Below are positions 20,094-31,460 of a stretch of 64,000 nucleotides of DNA, in pieces. Source of the DNA: an uncultured Chloroflexia bacterium (GTDB taxonomy: Bacteria > Chloroflexota > Limnocylindria > Limnocylindrales > CSP1-4); assembly GCA_963764975.1 (NCBI GenBank), contig CAVXUF010000002.1, positions 1,114,331 to 1,178,330 of the forward strand. The letters are read 5' to 3'. Under the pieces are notes generated by a model, which was given only the letters and a program-made list of their open reading frames with translations, made no database searches and was not told the DNA's origin. Positions within the stretch are counted from its first letter, which is position 1; each line of letters begins with the position of its first letter. A program made the position numbers and the translations under genes.

Positions 20094-21706
20094 GTGGCGA
20101 TGCGGCGCTGGAACGGCTGGGGCGATGACGCGATCGACTCGACGCTGCCCGCGGCCGCCGCCGGTCTGCTCGCCCGCCTGATCGGACCCGGCCGACCGCC
20201 GGCGGACGCCACGCTCGACGACGTGGTCGCCGCTGTCGCGCCCACGCGTCTCGCGGCGCACGTCCGGCTGGACCTCGACCCGGAGGTCCGCGTGCGGCAC
20301 GCCCGCGGCCAGAGCCTGCCCGACTGGATCGCCCTTCGCTCCGGGCGGCTCGGGCGCCGTGCCCGACGCCGTCGCGCGGCCCGTCGGACGTGGCCGGGGT
20401 CCGAGACGTCCTCGCCCTGGCCGCGTCGCGGGGCGCGCGGCTCGATCCCGTACGGCGGCGGCACGAGCGTGGTCGGCGGCGTCAACGTCGCTCCGGACGA
20501 TCGGCCGGTCATCACGGTCTCCCTCGAGCGGATGGCCGGGCTCCGCGACCTGGATCCGGGCAGTCGGCCTGGCGACGTTCGGTGCCGGGACGACCGGGCC
20601 GGAACTCGAGGCGGCCCTGGCCGAGCACGGGCTGGTCCTCGGCCACTGGCCGCAGTCCTGGGAACTCTCGACGGTCGGCGGCTGGGTCGCCACGCGCTCG
20701 GCCGGCCAGGAGTCGCTCGGGTACGGGCGGATCGAGGACCTGTTCGCCGGCGGCCACCTCGAGACCCCGGCCGGACCGCTGGACCTGCCGACCGCACCCC
20801 GCGTCCGCCGCCGGCCCGGACCTCCGGCAGCTCGTCCTCGGGTCGGAGGGTCGGGCCGGGATCATCACCGATGTCGTCGTCCGCGCATCCGCCATGCCCG
20901 AGGCGGAGCACCGGGTCGCCTTCGTCGTCGGCGGCTGGGATCGCGCGGTCGACCTGGCCCAGGCGCTCGCGCAGGCCGACCTGCCGCTCTCGATGGTCCG
21001 CGTCTCGACGCCGCTCGAGACCGCGACCACGTTCGCGCTCGGCGCCGAGGCCCGCGGCGCGGGCATCCTGCGTCGCTACCTCGGCCTGCGCGGGCCTGAC
21101 GGGGAGCGCTGCCTGGCCATCGTCGGAACCGCTGGACCGGCGGGCGTGGTCCGGGCCGTCGCCCGAGCGGTCGGGGCCGTTGCCGGGGATCACCGCGCCG
21201 TCCGGGCACCCGGCGTCGCGAGCGCGTGGGCGCACCAGCGGTTCCGCGGCGCCGTACCTGCGCAACACCCTGTGGGACGCGGGCTACGCCGTGGACACGC
21301 TCGAGACGGCCGTGGACTGGAGCCGGCTGCGGGCCGACTGGCGGCGGCGCTCGGTCCGGCCCTTCGCCACGGACTCGCGGACGACGACGAGCGGGTCCAC
21401 GCGTTCAGCCACCTGTCGCACGTCTACCCGAGCGGCTCCAGCCTCTACACGACCTACGTGTTCCGACTCGCCGACGACCCGGACGAGACCCTCGAGCGCT
21501 GGCGGCGGCTCAAGACCGCGGCGAGCGGGGTCATCGTCGCGCACGGCGGGACGATCAGCCACCAGCACGGCGTCGGGCCGGGACCACGCCCCGTACCTCG
21601 CCGCGGAGAAGGGGCCGCTCGGGATGGCGGCGCTCCGTGGCGCGCTCGCGCGCGCTCGACCCGGACGGCGATGATGGCGCCGGGCGTGCTCCTCGGGGAG
21701 GACTGA
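20094..21706 (+). pseudogene. FAD-linked oxidase of the alkyl-DHAP-synthase-like type (about 10 frameshifts as sequenced)
   Basis: RRWNGWGD start, PYGGGTSVVGGV, TVGGWVATRSAGQ, LVLGSEGRAGIIT, SHLSHVYPSGSSLY and ISHQHGVG. Confidence 0.8.
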
Positions 21707-21709
21707 CGA

Positions 21710-23284
21710 GTGGCCGGCGACACGATCGTCGCGATCGATGTGGGGACCCAGAGCGTCCGGGCGATCGCCTTCGACCCGCACGGGACGCTCCTGGCGTCGG
21801 CGCGGGTGCCGATCGAGCCGTACGTCTCGCCCCGACCCGGCTGCGCCGAGCAGGATCCGGAGCTGTACTGGCGCTCCGTCGGCGAGGCGATGCCAGACGC
21901 CTGCTCGCGCGACCCGGCGGTCCGCGTCGAGTCGCATCGCCGCCGCCACGATCACCACCCAGCGCGGCGACGGTCGTCGTGACCGACGAGGCCGGCGACC
22001 CGACTGCGACCCGCGATGGTCTGGCTCGACCAGTGCCGGGCCGCGAACCCGCCACGGGTCGGCGGCGCGATGGGCGTCGTCTTCCGCCTGACCGGCCTGA
22101 CCGACACGGTCGAGGGGTTCGCGGCCGACTGCGAGGCGAACTGGCTGCGCGAGACCGAGCCCGAGACGTGGGGCAAGGTCCGCCACTATCTCGGTCTCTC
22201 GGGGTTCCTCGACCCAACGCCTCGATCGGGCGGTTGGTGGACTCCACGGCCGCGCAGGTGGGCTACCTGCCGTTCGACAACAAGCCGGTTCACGTGGGCC
22301 GCGCCGCGGCGACTGGAAGTGGACCGTCGCGCCCATCGAGCGCGACTGGCTGCCCGAGCCTGGTCCCCCCGACTGGCCCGCTCGGAGAGATCACGGCTGC
22401 TGCGGCGCGCCACACCGGACTGCCGGCCGGGCTGCCGGTCATGGCGGCGGCCGCGCGACAAGGCGTGCGAGGTCCTCGGGTCCGGCGCCGTGACACCCGA
22501 CGTCCTGGGCCTCTCCTACGGCACCGCCGCGACCGCCAACGTGACCAGTGCCCGGTACGTGGAGCCGATCCCGCTCATCCCGCCGTTCCCCGCCGCCATC
22601 CCCGGACGCCTGGACCCTCGAGACGCAGGTCTATCGCGGGTACTGGATGGTGGAGTGGTTCAAGCGCGAGTTCGGGGACCGCGAGGTGGCCGAGTCGCGG
22701 CGGAGCGCGGCGTCGCGCCAGAGACGCTGTTCGAGCGAGCTCGCTTGAGGCCGTTCCGGCGGGCTCCGACGGCCTCGTGCTCCAGCCGTACTGGTCACCG
22801 GGGGTCCGCATCCCCGGGCCGGAGGCGCGCGGCGCGGTCATCGGGTTCAACGCGATCCACACCCGTGCCCACGTGTATCGCGCGATGCTCGAGGGCCTCG
22901 CCTATGCCCTCCGCGAAGGCGCGGAGCGCACCGCCAAGCGGACCGGCGTGCCGCTGACGTCGATGCGGATCGCGGGCGGAGGGTCACAGAGCCCGGCCGC
23001 GGTCCAGCTCACCGCGGACGTCTTCGGGCTCCCGGTCAGCCGCGCCCACACGCACGAGACCTCGGCCCTGGGCGCGGCCATCGATGCCGCCGTCGGCGCT
23101 GGGTTCCATCCGGATGTCGCGGACCGCGGCGGCGGCCATGATCCGCCTCGCCGAGACGCGGGATCCCGACCCCGTGGCCCACGCCCGCTACGAGGACCTG
23201 TACCGGGCGGTCTATCGCCCGATGTACCGGCGCCTGCGGCCGCTGTACCACGAGCTTCGTCGGATCACGCGCGCGGATCGCTGA
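21710..23284 (+). pseudogene. FGGY-family carbohydrate kinase (about 12 frameshifts as sequenced)
   Basis: [31 protein letters not shown] and RIAGGGSQSPAAVQLTADVFGLPV. Confidence 0.8.
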
Positions 23285-23321
23285 CCGCGGCTCGGCGCCG
23301 AGCGCGGACATCGGACATGAC

Positions 23322-23346
23322 GACGCCCCGGCATCACCGGGGCGTC
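23322..23346. terminator. Perfect 10-bp GC-rich hairpin (GACGCCCCGG-CATCA-CCGGGGCGTC) between convergent genes
   Basis: Read directly. There is no U-tract, as is common in high-GC actinobacteria. Confidence 0.55.
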
Positions 23347-23368
23347 GAACCTCAGAGCGGAATGAAGG

Positions 23369-23941
23369 TCAGGCGCCGCGCGCCGACTTCACGACCGCGC
23401 TGCCCACGAACATGTCGTGGAAGCCCTGCTTGGTGGGGCTCTTGTATGTGGTGTACAGCAGGTAGATGAACCACCCGAGCGCCACGACGCTCAAGAGCGT
23501 TCCGATCCCGGACATGCCCTGGAAGGCCTGCGCGATGACCGCCGGCACGGCGATGACCGCCCAGCGTCGAACAGCCTGATCCATGGTCAGGGTCTTGCCG
23601 TCCGCCGCGTTGCCGATCTGCATGCCGAGGACCTTCATCCCGATCGTCGCCCGCATCGCGGTCCACGTGTAGATGAAGTAGGCCGCGCTGATCACCAGCC
23701 CGATGACCGCGTACACGACGAGGATGCCGATCCCGAGGCCCAACAGTATCCCGAACAACACGAGGTTCACGACGAAGAGGATGATCGCGTCGATGATGTA
23801 GGCGATCGCCCGGTTCGGGACATCGGCGTAGACCATGCCCGCGGCCCCGGGTACCGCAGCCGCCGGAGGGGGCGCCGCTGGAGCTGTCCAGCCTCCGCCG
23901 CCGGTCCCGCCCGAGTCGCCGCCTGTTCCGCTGTCGGTCAT
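23369..23941 (-). CDS. RDD-family membrane protein
   Basis: Gly/Pro-rich N-terminus, RAIAYIIDAIILFVV, TIGMKVLGMQI and FHDMFVGSAVV. Confidence 0.8.
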   Translation of the reverse strand: MTDSGTGGDSGGTGGGGWTAPAAPPPAAAVPGAAGMVYADVPNRAIAYIIDAIILFVVNLVLFGILLGLGIGILVVYAVIGLVISAAYFIYTWTAMRATIGMKVLGMQIGNAADGKTLTMDQAVRRWAVIAVPAVIAQAFQGMSGIGTLLSVVALGWFIYLLYTTYKSPTKQGFHDMFVGSAVVKSARGA

Positions 23942-24089
23942 ACGTTCGGCCCTCTCTCCTGGCTGGGCGTGGCTCGCACGACCCATGCCGTTCGAATATA
24001 CGCACCGGCGGCCCGCCCGACTAGGGGTTTCTGCAGATCACCGGCCTCCACGCACCAGATTCCCGGCACGTCAACCCGTCACGGACCGG

Positions 24090-25129
24090 TCAGGCGCGGA
24101 CCTCCTGGCGCATGAACAGCGCGTACGCCGCCGCGAAACAGAGCACGGTCAGCGCCACGAGAGCGACCACCTGCGGCCAGACCAGCAGCATGCTCTGGTC
24201 GAGCGAGAGCAGCCCCGGGATCTGCCACTGCGCTTGCTCCAACTGGCCGATCGTGGCGGGGGTCGAGATCTGGGTGAGGTTGGGCTGGAGGATGACGCTC
24301 GAGACCTCGCGGTAGAGCGTGCTCGGCAGGAGCCGTGTGACCCACTCCTGCGCCTGGTAGCTCCCCAGGACCTGGTCCGCCGTAGCGTTCGCCGCGGGCC
24401 GGAACAACCCCGAAACGAGGGTGACGATGAGCTGGCCGAAGATCGTGAACAGGAGCCAGACCCCGAACCCGATGAGCGCCGACGTGGCTGCCCGTCGGAC
24501 GACGACCGACAGCAGCAGGCCGAACGCGAGCCACAGGGCGACGTACAGGAATGTCACGAACAGCCAGGCGACGATGCGGATGATCTCCGGCCCCTGCGGG
24601 ACGATCCCGAGCCGCAGCATCCCGAACCCGGCGATGAACAGCACGACGGCGACGCAGGACCAGCCCGATGACCCCAAGGCCCGCCGCGAACTTGCCGTTG
24701 ATGACGTCGTCGCGGTAGATGGGCTGCGACAGGAGGCGCGGCAGCGTGCCCTCCGACCGTTCGCCGTTGACGGCATCGAACGCGAACGCCAGCCCGAGCA
24801 GCGGCGCGACGATCCCGACGAACGTGTCGACGCGCAGGATCGCGATGTCGGATGGCCCGAGCGTGAACAGCGCCAGGAAGATCGCGGGGGCGCCGCTGGC
24901 GGCCTGGGCGGCACCGCGGATCAGGTCGGCCGCGAAGTAGAGCGGGATCGCCGCCGCCAGCCCGAGGACGATCAGCAGGACCGACGAAGCGGACGCTCAG
25001 GACGTGGTCGCCGAACTCCTTGGTCGCGATCACCCACCAGCCGGCCGGCAATCGAGCTCGCTTGTGAGCCGTGCTCGCATCGGTCGCGTCAGGCGCGGCG
25101 CTCGGGATGGGTGCGGCATCCGCGGTCAT
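24090..25129 (-). pseudogene. ABC-2-type transporter permease (one frameshift as sequenced)
   Basis: N-terminus WWVIATKEFGDHVLSVRF in one frame; four or five C-terminal TM helices in another. Confidence 0.7.
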
Positions 25130-26174
25130 GCGGCGGTCCTCCCGTCGGCGGTCGGGAGCGCCTCGACCCACGGCCTTGTCGGCGAGGCCGCGACGCTCGA
25201 GGGCCGTCCGGTAGATGTCATCGAGCGACGGGACGATCGGCCGGATCGCCGTGAGATGGAGTCCGTTGCTCAAGGGCCGCCGCCAGGACCGCCTGACGGA
25301 CCTTGCCCTCCTCGGCCGCCGGCCGGACGGTCAGTCGCCAGATGCCGGAACGCCTGGGCGGTCGCGTCACCGAGATCACGCTCGCCAGGCCGGCCAGGAC
25401 CCGTTCGGCGCGCGCGAGGTCGTCGTCGCCGGTCAGTTCGAGCTCCACCTCGATCGCGGCGGACCCGTCGCCGAACAGGCTGGCGAGCCGGCTCACGGTC
25501 CCTTCGCCCACCAGCCGCCCCGACGCGAAGATCCCGATCCGGTCGCAGACCGACTGGACCTGGGTGAGCAGGTGGCTCGAGAGCAGGATCGCCAGTCCGC
25601 GTTCGTCGACGAGGCGTCGAAGCAGGTCGAGGATCTCGACGACGCCCAGCGGGTCGATCGAGGTCGTCGGTTCGTCGAGGATGAGGATGTCGGGCGACTT
25701 CACGAGCGCATCGGCGATGCCGAGACGCTGCCGCATGCCGCGCGAGTACGTCTCGAACGCGGTCGTCCGCCCGGTCCGGTGAGGCCGACCTGCTCGAGGA
25801 CCTCGTCGATCGCGATCTCGGCCGCCTTGCCCTTGAGGCCGTTGAGCCGAGCGGTGTAGCGCAGGTTCTGGCGACCCGTCATCTCGCCGTAGAACCCGAC
25901 GGCATCGGGCAGGTACCCGACCCGTCGCTTGACCTCACGCGGATATCGAGCCGGGTCAAGGCCCGACCACGCGCGCCTGGCCGCTGGTCGGCTCCGTAAG
26001 CCCGAGGAGCATCAGGATCGTCGTGGTCTTGCCCGCGCCGTTCTGGCCGAGCAACCCGAAGATCTCGCCCCGGCGCACCTCGAGGTCGAGCTTGTCGACG
26101 GCGGTGAGCGTGCCGTAGCGCTTCGTCAGCGCGCGGGTTCGGATGAGCGCCGCGGAGCGATCCTCACGGGACAT
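25126..26174 (-). pseudogene. ABC transporter ATP-binding protein (about 4 frameshifts as sequenced)
   Basis: Walker [22 protein letters not shown], Walker B ILILDEPT, SSH and a C-terminal regulatory-like domain. Confidence 0.8.
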
Positions 26175-26194
26175 GGTCTTGGTACCCCGTTCGC

Positions 26195-27354
26195 TCACCG
26201 GCGCCCGTAGCGCAGGAAGACCCAGCCGAGCCCGGCGAGCACCAGCGCGATCAGGCCGATCCCGATGGCCCCACCGAGGAGGCCGGTCTGGATGGTCACC
26301 CGGATGTCCGCGGCGCCGTTGGCCTGCTCGCCGCTCGCCCGGAAGGACACGACGTAATCGCCCGCGATCGCGTCGCCCGAGGGCGTCATGTGGGCGATGA
26401 TCGTTTGCTCGGTGTTCGCCTCGACGTCCACGGTCTCGGGCTCGAAGGTGATGTTCCAGCCCGTCGGCGCGGTCGCCGTGACCTTGACGCCGGTCGACGG
26501 TCGCTGTGCCCGTGTTCTGGACCACGAGCGAGAGGTCCGTGTTCGATCCGGCGGACGCCTGGGCGTTGAGCCGGGCGTCGGGCGTCGTGAGCCGTGAGCG
26601 AGTAGGTGCCGGTGACTTCGGCCGCCAGATCGGCGGTCGCGGTCCGGGTCCCGCTCGTGACTTCCACCGTGATCGGGTAGATGCCGGCCGGGACGTTGGC
26701 CGGCGCGGTCGCGGTCACCGTCACGGGCGTGGTCGCGCCGGCCTTCACGATCGCGCTGGCGGCCTGGCTCTCCGAGGACACCTGGGTCGTGACGGTCCAC
26801 CCGGCCGGACCGGTGGAGGTTCCGCCGAACGTCAGGTCCTCGGCCGTGTCGTTGCGGAGGGTCAGGTTGAACTTGAAGCTCGTGGTGGATGTGCCCTTGA
26901 GCTGCGGGAAGTCCGTGGTGAGCGTGACCTCACCGGCAGCCTGCGGGGTCACGCGGATATCGAGGGGCAAGGTCGTCGTCAGCCCGCCGCCCACCGCCGT
27001 CGCAACGAGCTTGACCGTTGACGCGCCGGCGGTCTCGGGGACGCTCACATCGAGCCGAACGTCCGTGGCCTTGCTGCCGTCCGACAGGATCCCGTCGACG
27101 ACGAAGCCACCACCAAGGAATTGCGCCGTCCAGCCGGCGGGTACCCCGGTCACGCTCAGGTTCACGCGCTGACTCGTCGCAGTCTCGATCGACAGATCGA
27201 AGCTGACCTTGGCGCCCGGCGCCACCGCGACGGCCGGATATGGCGTCGTCAGCGTCAGGCCGTCCGCGGCGGCCGTTCCCGGCACGCCGACCAGGAGCGC
27301 CGTCAGGAGCGTCAGCAGGCCGAGCGTGGCCCGCCGCTGCGGTCGTCGTCCCAT
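26195..27354 (-). pseudogene. Secreted, C-terminally anchored protein with repeated Ig-like (NEW3/CARDB-like) domains (2 frameshifts as sequenced)
   Basis: Signal peptide LLTLLTALLVGVPGTAAA. Repeated motif P..W..T...: VTGVPAGWTAQF, GPAGWTVTTQV and [11 protein letters not shown]. Terminal TM helix. First gene of the ABC operon. Confidence 0.6.
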
Positions 27355-27599
27355 CCCGGATGAACCTCCTCCAGATGCCTCGAATGTCGTCGTGGTCCGG
27401 GTCGTCCCAAGCCGGGCACGGCCGGTACGACCGCACGCGCTGATCACCGAGTCCTTCGGATCACGTCCGGGAATCTGCGTCCGCGCTTGCTGCGAATCAA
27501 CCAAGCCTTGGTGAAGACTCGTGAATCTTCGGTCATCCTCGCATGTTCGGGGCGAGTTCGCGCCCGTTCGAAGACCCCCGACCCGACGACCCTGACCGG

Positions 27600-27926
27600 T
27601 CAGCCGCAGACGAACCGATCGAGCCTCGCGGAGCGCGTGGCGACCATCGCCTCCAGGCGCGCTCGAACGGTCGCCAGGGCGTCCGCCATCGAGGCGTCAG
27701 GCGGTAGAGCCAGTCGCATATCCGGATCATTCGACAGCGGGTGCCAGAACCAGCCCTCGGCGTCGCACGTCAGCTCCGGGGCGATGTCCTGCGGGCGGAT
27801 GGGCTCGCCCTCCGTCGCGGCTCCACGCAGCGCGATGGGTCGGAAGATGCGGTCTTCAGGGCTGATCGCCAAGGAGTCGGCGAGGCGATGGAGGTCCGGG
27901 ATCTCATCGAGCGCCGCTTCCGGCAA
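27600..27926 (-). CDS. Hypothetical protein or 5'-truncated remnant
   Basis: Only a TTG start is available. The open frame continues upstream to about 28086 with HRGLGAHAGAL (faintly GNAT motif-A-like) but no ATG. Confidence 0.3.
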   Translation of the reverse strand: MPEAALDEIPDLHRLADSLAISPEDRIFRPIALRGAATEGEPIRPQDIAPELTCDAEGWFWHPLSNDPDMRLALPPDASMADALATVRARLEAMVATRSARLDRFVCG

Positions 27927-28119
27927 GGACGCCGCCAGCCTGACACGTGCCCCGGCGTCGACGAGCGTGCGGATGCCGCGGAGGGCCCCGGCATGGGCAC
28001 CGAGCCCGCGGTGGGCGTCGTGTCGACGTGCGTCCGCCGAATTGAGGCTCAGCCGAGGGCGCGCAACGCCGTGGTGTCGAAAGCGACGCGGGCGGTATCA
28101 CCGGGCCAGCATCCCTCTC

Positions 28120-29007
28120 GCCGCGGCCCAGTCGCCGCCGCTCGCCTACAACCACCCCGTGACCCTCGACGGGATCCTGTGGCTCGTCAGCGGAACCCAG
28201 TTCCGAGGCCAGTTCGGCTTCCTCGTGTCGAACGGGGTGACGGACTTCACCGGATCGTTGGGCGCCCTCTGGCGGACGCTCGCGAGTCAGGGCACGCCGG
28301 TCCTGCCGGTGCTCGGTCTGATCGGCCTGGCCATCCTCATCCACCGACGCCGTGCCTTCGGTCTGATGTGCGTCGCGATCCTGCTGGCGAACCTGTACTT
28401 CTGGGCGACGTACCTCCGACTGGAGCACTACCTGCTGGTCCCATGGCTCCTGCTCGCGATCGGCGCGGGCGTCGCGATCGATGCCGCCGCTCGAGGGCTG
28501 GCGGCCTTGCCATCGCGCAAACCGGGACCGCGCGGCCGCCAGTCCGGCCGGCTCATCGGAATGACTGCGCTCGTGTTGGCCGTCGGTCTCGCGGTGATGC
28601 ACTGGGACGCCGCCGACCGCAGCTCCGATCGCACGGCCGAGATGTTCGTCGACGAGGTCCTGACGGCCCTTCCACCCGATGCCGCGATCCTGTCGGAGTG
28701 GGACGCGACGACCCCCCTATGGCATGCCAGATATGTGCTTGGCCGCCGGCCCGATGTCCTGATCATCGACGACACGAACATCGACTACGACGGTTGGGCA
28801 TCTCGCGACCAACGCGTCGAGGCGCTCTTCTGCCATCGGCCCGTGTTCATGGTGCGGCTGCGGGACAGGGACCTGCCTTCGGCGGGCGACGTGTACCGCC
28901 TGGAGCCGTTCCTCACCGTCCGCGTCGCGTTCGGCGGGCCATCCGCCGCAGTCACGCGCCAGGTGTTCCGGGTCGTTCCCAGTGATCCACGGCGATGTGG
29001 CGACTGA
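28120..29007 (+). pseudogene. DUF2723-like membrane protein, C-terminal half only
   Basis: NHPVTLDGILWLVSGTQFRGQF, TM helices and a C-terminal soluble domain. The N-terminal multi-TM part is missing and no credible start exists. Confidence 0.55.
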
Positions 29008-29216
29008 TCATCGATGCCCACCCGGACCATCGGCGCGATTGACAGAACACCTGTTCTGACCCATCATGGGCGATGTCACCGGTCCGAACCAAGTCGCGTG
29101 AGCCCGGTCGAGCGCCTCAAAGAGGGACGCTCTCGAGCCCGCACTCGGACCACATCACAGAACCGCTCCGGCCCGCAAGAACGGTCGTGGAGCGAGCAAC
29201 CAAGGTCGCGCAGCCG

Positions 29217-29477
29217 ATGGCCGATACCGCCATCACAGCGCGCCAGAAGGAACCAAGAGCACAACCCATGTTGTCCCGTACCGCTACCGCGTCCGTCGCT
29301 GGACGCGCCACCTCCATGCGCCGGCTTCGCCGCCGCGCTTCCGCGGCGTCCACGTCGCCCACATTCGAGACCCGCACGTTCTGCCGGACCAACGGCTGCG
29401 CGAGCTTCCTCGAAGTCGATCCCGGCACCGGCACCGCCACGTGCCCCATCTGCGGGTACGTTCGCTTCAGCCACTGA
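29217..29477 (+). CDS. Small zinc-ribbon protein (86 aa)
   Basis: FCRTNGC...ATCPICGY is a C-x4-C ... C-x2-C arrangement. ATG at 29217. Confidence 0.4.
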   Translation: MADTAITARQKEPRAQPMLSRTATASVAGRATSMRRLRRRASAASTSPTFETRTFCRTNGCASFLEVDPGTGTATCPICGYVRFSH

Positions 29478-29564
29478 GGCCCCGACCAAGAGCCTGACCA
29501 CTCCCCCGTCGCGAGTGGCGGGATGACCCGAACGCGGCGGCGCGCGCCGGTCCATGCTCCGCGC

Positions 29565-30934
29565 ATGACCACCGACCGTGCCGTCGATCGCGCCCACCTC
29601 GCCACCTTGATGGCCGCCGAGACCGAGCGGTTCGTCGCGGAGCATCCCCGCTCCGCCGCCCTGTTCGAGCAGGCCAGGCGTTCGCTCCTCGAAGGCGTCC
29701 CCATGCCCTGGATGGTCAAGTGGGCCGGGCCGTTCCCGCCGTTCGTCGAGTCCGCGTCGGGCGCATCCTTCCGCTGCGTCGACGGCCATGACTACGTCGA
29801 CTTCTGCCTCGGCGACACCGGCGCGATGGCGGGTCACGGCCCGGCACCCACGATCGCGGCCGTCGAACGGCAGTTGCGGCGCGGGATCACCCACATGCTG
29901 CCCGACCGAGGACGCCGCGTGGGTCGGCGACGAGCTGACGCGACGCTTCGGCCTGCCTCTGTGGCAGTTCGCGCTGTCGGCCACGGACGCCAACCGATTC
30001 GCCCTGCGCCTCGCGCGACACATCACCGGCCGCTCCAAGGTGGTCGTCCACGACCACTGCTACCACGGGTCGGTCGACGAGGCGATCGCGATGCTCGACG
30101 AGGACGGGCGGGTCGTCCCGGTCCGTGGGTCCGTCGGGCCACAGACCGATGTCGCCGGCACGACACGCGTCGTGCCGTTCAACGACGTCGCCGGCGCTCG
30201 AAGCCGCCCTGGCCGAGGGCGACGTCGCGGCGGTCCTCATCGAACCGGCGCTGACCAACGTCGGCATCGTGCTGCCGGAGCCCGGCTACCTCGAAGCGAT
30301 TCGCGAGATCACGACGCGCACCGGGACCATCCTGATCAACGACGAGACGCACACGATCTGCGCCGGGCCGGGCGGAGCCACGCGGCTCTGGGATCTGCAC
30401 CCAGACATGCTCGTCATCGGCAAGACGATCGGCGGCGGGATCCCGGTCGCCGCCTATGGCTTCACGAGCGAGATCGGCGAGCGCATCCATCGCTCCCTGG
30501 AGATCGTCGACTCGGACGTCGGCGGGATCGGCGGGACGCTGGCCGGGTATGCGCTCTCCCTGGCCGCGACGCGCGCGACGCTCGGCGAGGTCCTGACCGA
30601 GGCCGCCTTCGAGCGGATGATCCCGCTCGCGGAGCGCTGGGAGCAGGGCGTCAACGACGTGCTCGCGACGACCCACGTCCCGTGGCACGTCACGCGGCTC
30701 GGCGCCCGCGCCGAGTACCACTTCATGCCGGACCCGCCGCGCACCGGCGCCGAGCAGTGGGCCCATTCGGATCCTGACCTCGAGCAGTTCCTCCATCTGT
30801 GGGCGATGAACCGGCGCGTGCTGATGACGCCGTTCCACAACATGGCCCTGATGTCGCCGTCGACCACCGACGCGGATGTCGACCGCCACACCAAGGTGTT
30901 CGGCGACGCGATCGCGGCGCTCTTCCCCGCCTGA
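29565..30934 (+). pseudogene. Class III (GSA-aminomutase-like) aminotransferase (2 frameshifts as sequenced)
   Basis: VDFCLGDTGAM, SATDANRFALRLAR, LIEPALTNVGIVLP, INDETHT and GKTIGGGIP. Confidence 0.8.
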
Positions 30935-30940
30935 GGCCGA

Positions 30941-31401
30941 TCAGCCCGCGGGTTCGAATGCGGCCTCGAGGGTCGCGAGCTCCGTGGCGAGATCCAGCGG
31001 GCGTCGATGCTGGCGTGGCGTGGGTGCTTCGCTGTTGAGACGCAGGGTCGCGCGGTTGATCTCGGTCACGAGCCGGGTCATCTCGGCGCGCGCCCGCGGC
31101 CGGGCGATCGATGACGCCCACGGCGCCCGTGTCAGAAGCCGGTCTCGCTGGTCGAGCATCGTCCGGATGGCCTTGTCGGCCTCGATCCACCCCGGCGCCA
31201 CCTCGGCGTTGCGAAGGATCCGGTAGCCCATCGCCCAGTCACCGGCGGCGCTGTCGTCCTCGAGCGGGAGACGCTGGCCCTGGTGCGGCAGGTCGTCGAA
31301 GGCGCCCGCTTCGGTCGCCTCACGGATCTGCCGCTCGACGAGGCTCTCCCACTCGGGCCGACCTGTCGCATCCCCGCGTCGTCGCGTCGCTGCGCTGGCA
31401 T
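30941..31401 (-). CDS. DUF1992 (DnaJ-homolog subfamily C28-like) protein; start uncertain
   Basis: WESLVERQIREATEAGAFDDLPHQGQRLPL and AGDWAMGYRILRNAEVAPGWIE. No in-frame ATG lies near the N-terminus. Confidence 0.6.
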
Positions 31402-31460
31402 GTCCGTATCGTACCGCCGCTGACAGGCGAGCTGGCACGACCAGCCGGTATGGTGCGGGG

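Noticed and set aside
13503-23284. Programmed ribosomal frameshifting or transcriptional slippage as an explanation for the many frame switches.
   Set aside because: There are up to a dozen switches per gene, I could see no shared slippery heptamer or homopolymer at the junctions I inspected, and unrelated housekeeping genes are affected. Sequence error, or less likely decay, is the simpler reading.
27487-29007. A single 506-aa plus-strand protein as listed in the ORF track.
   Set aside because: Only the last about 295 aa look like a real (DUF2723-like) protein. The first about 200 aa are low-complexity Ser/Arg/Ala-rich and run antisense to a better minus-strand frame.
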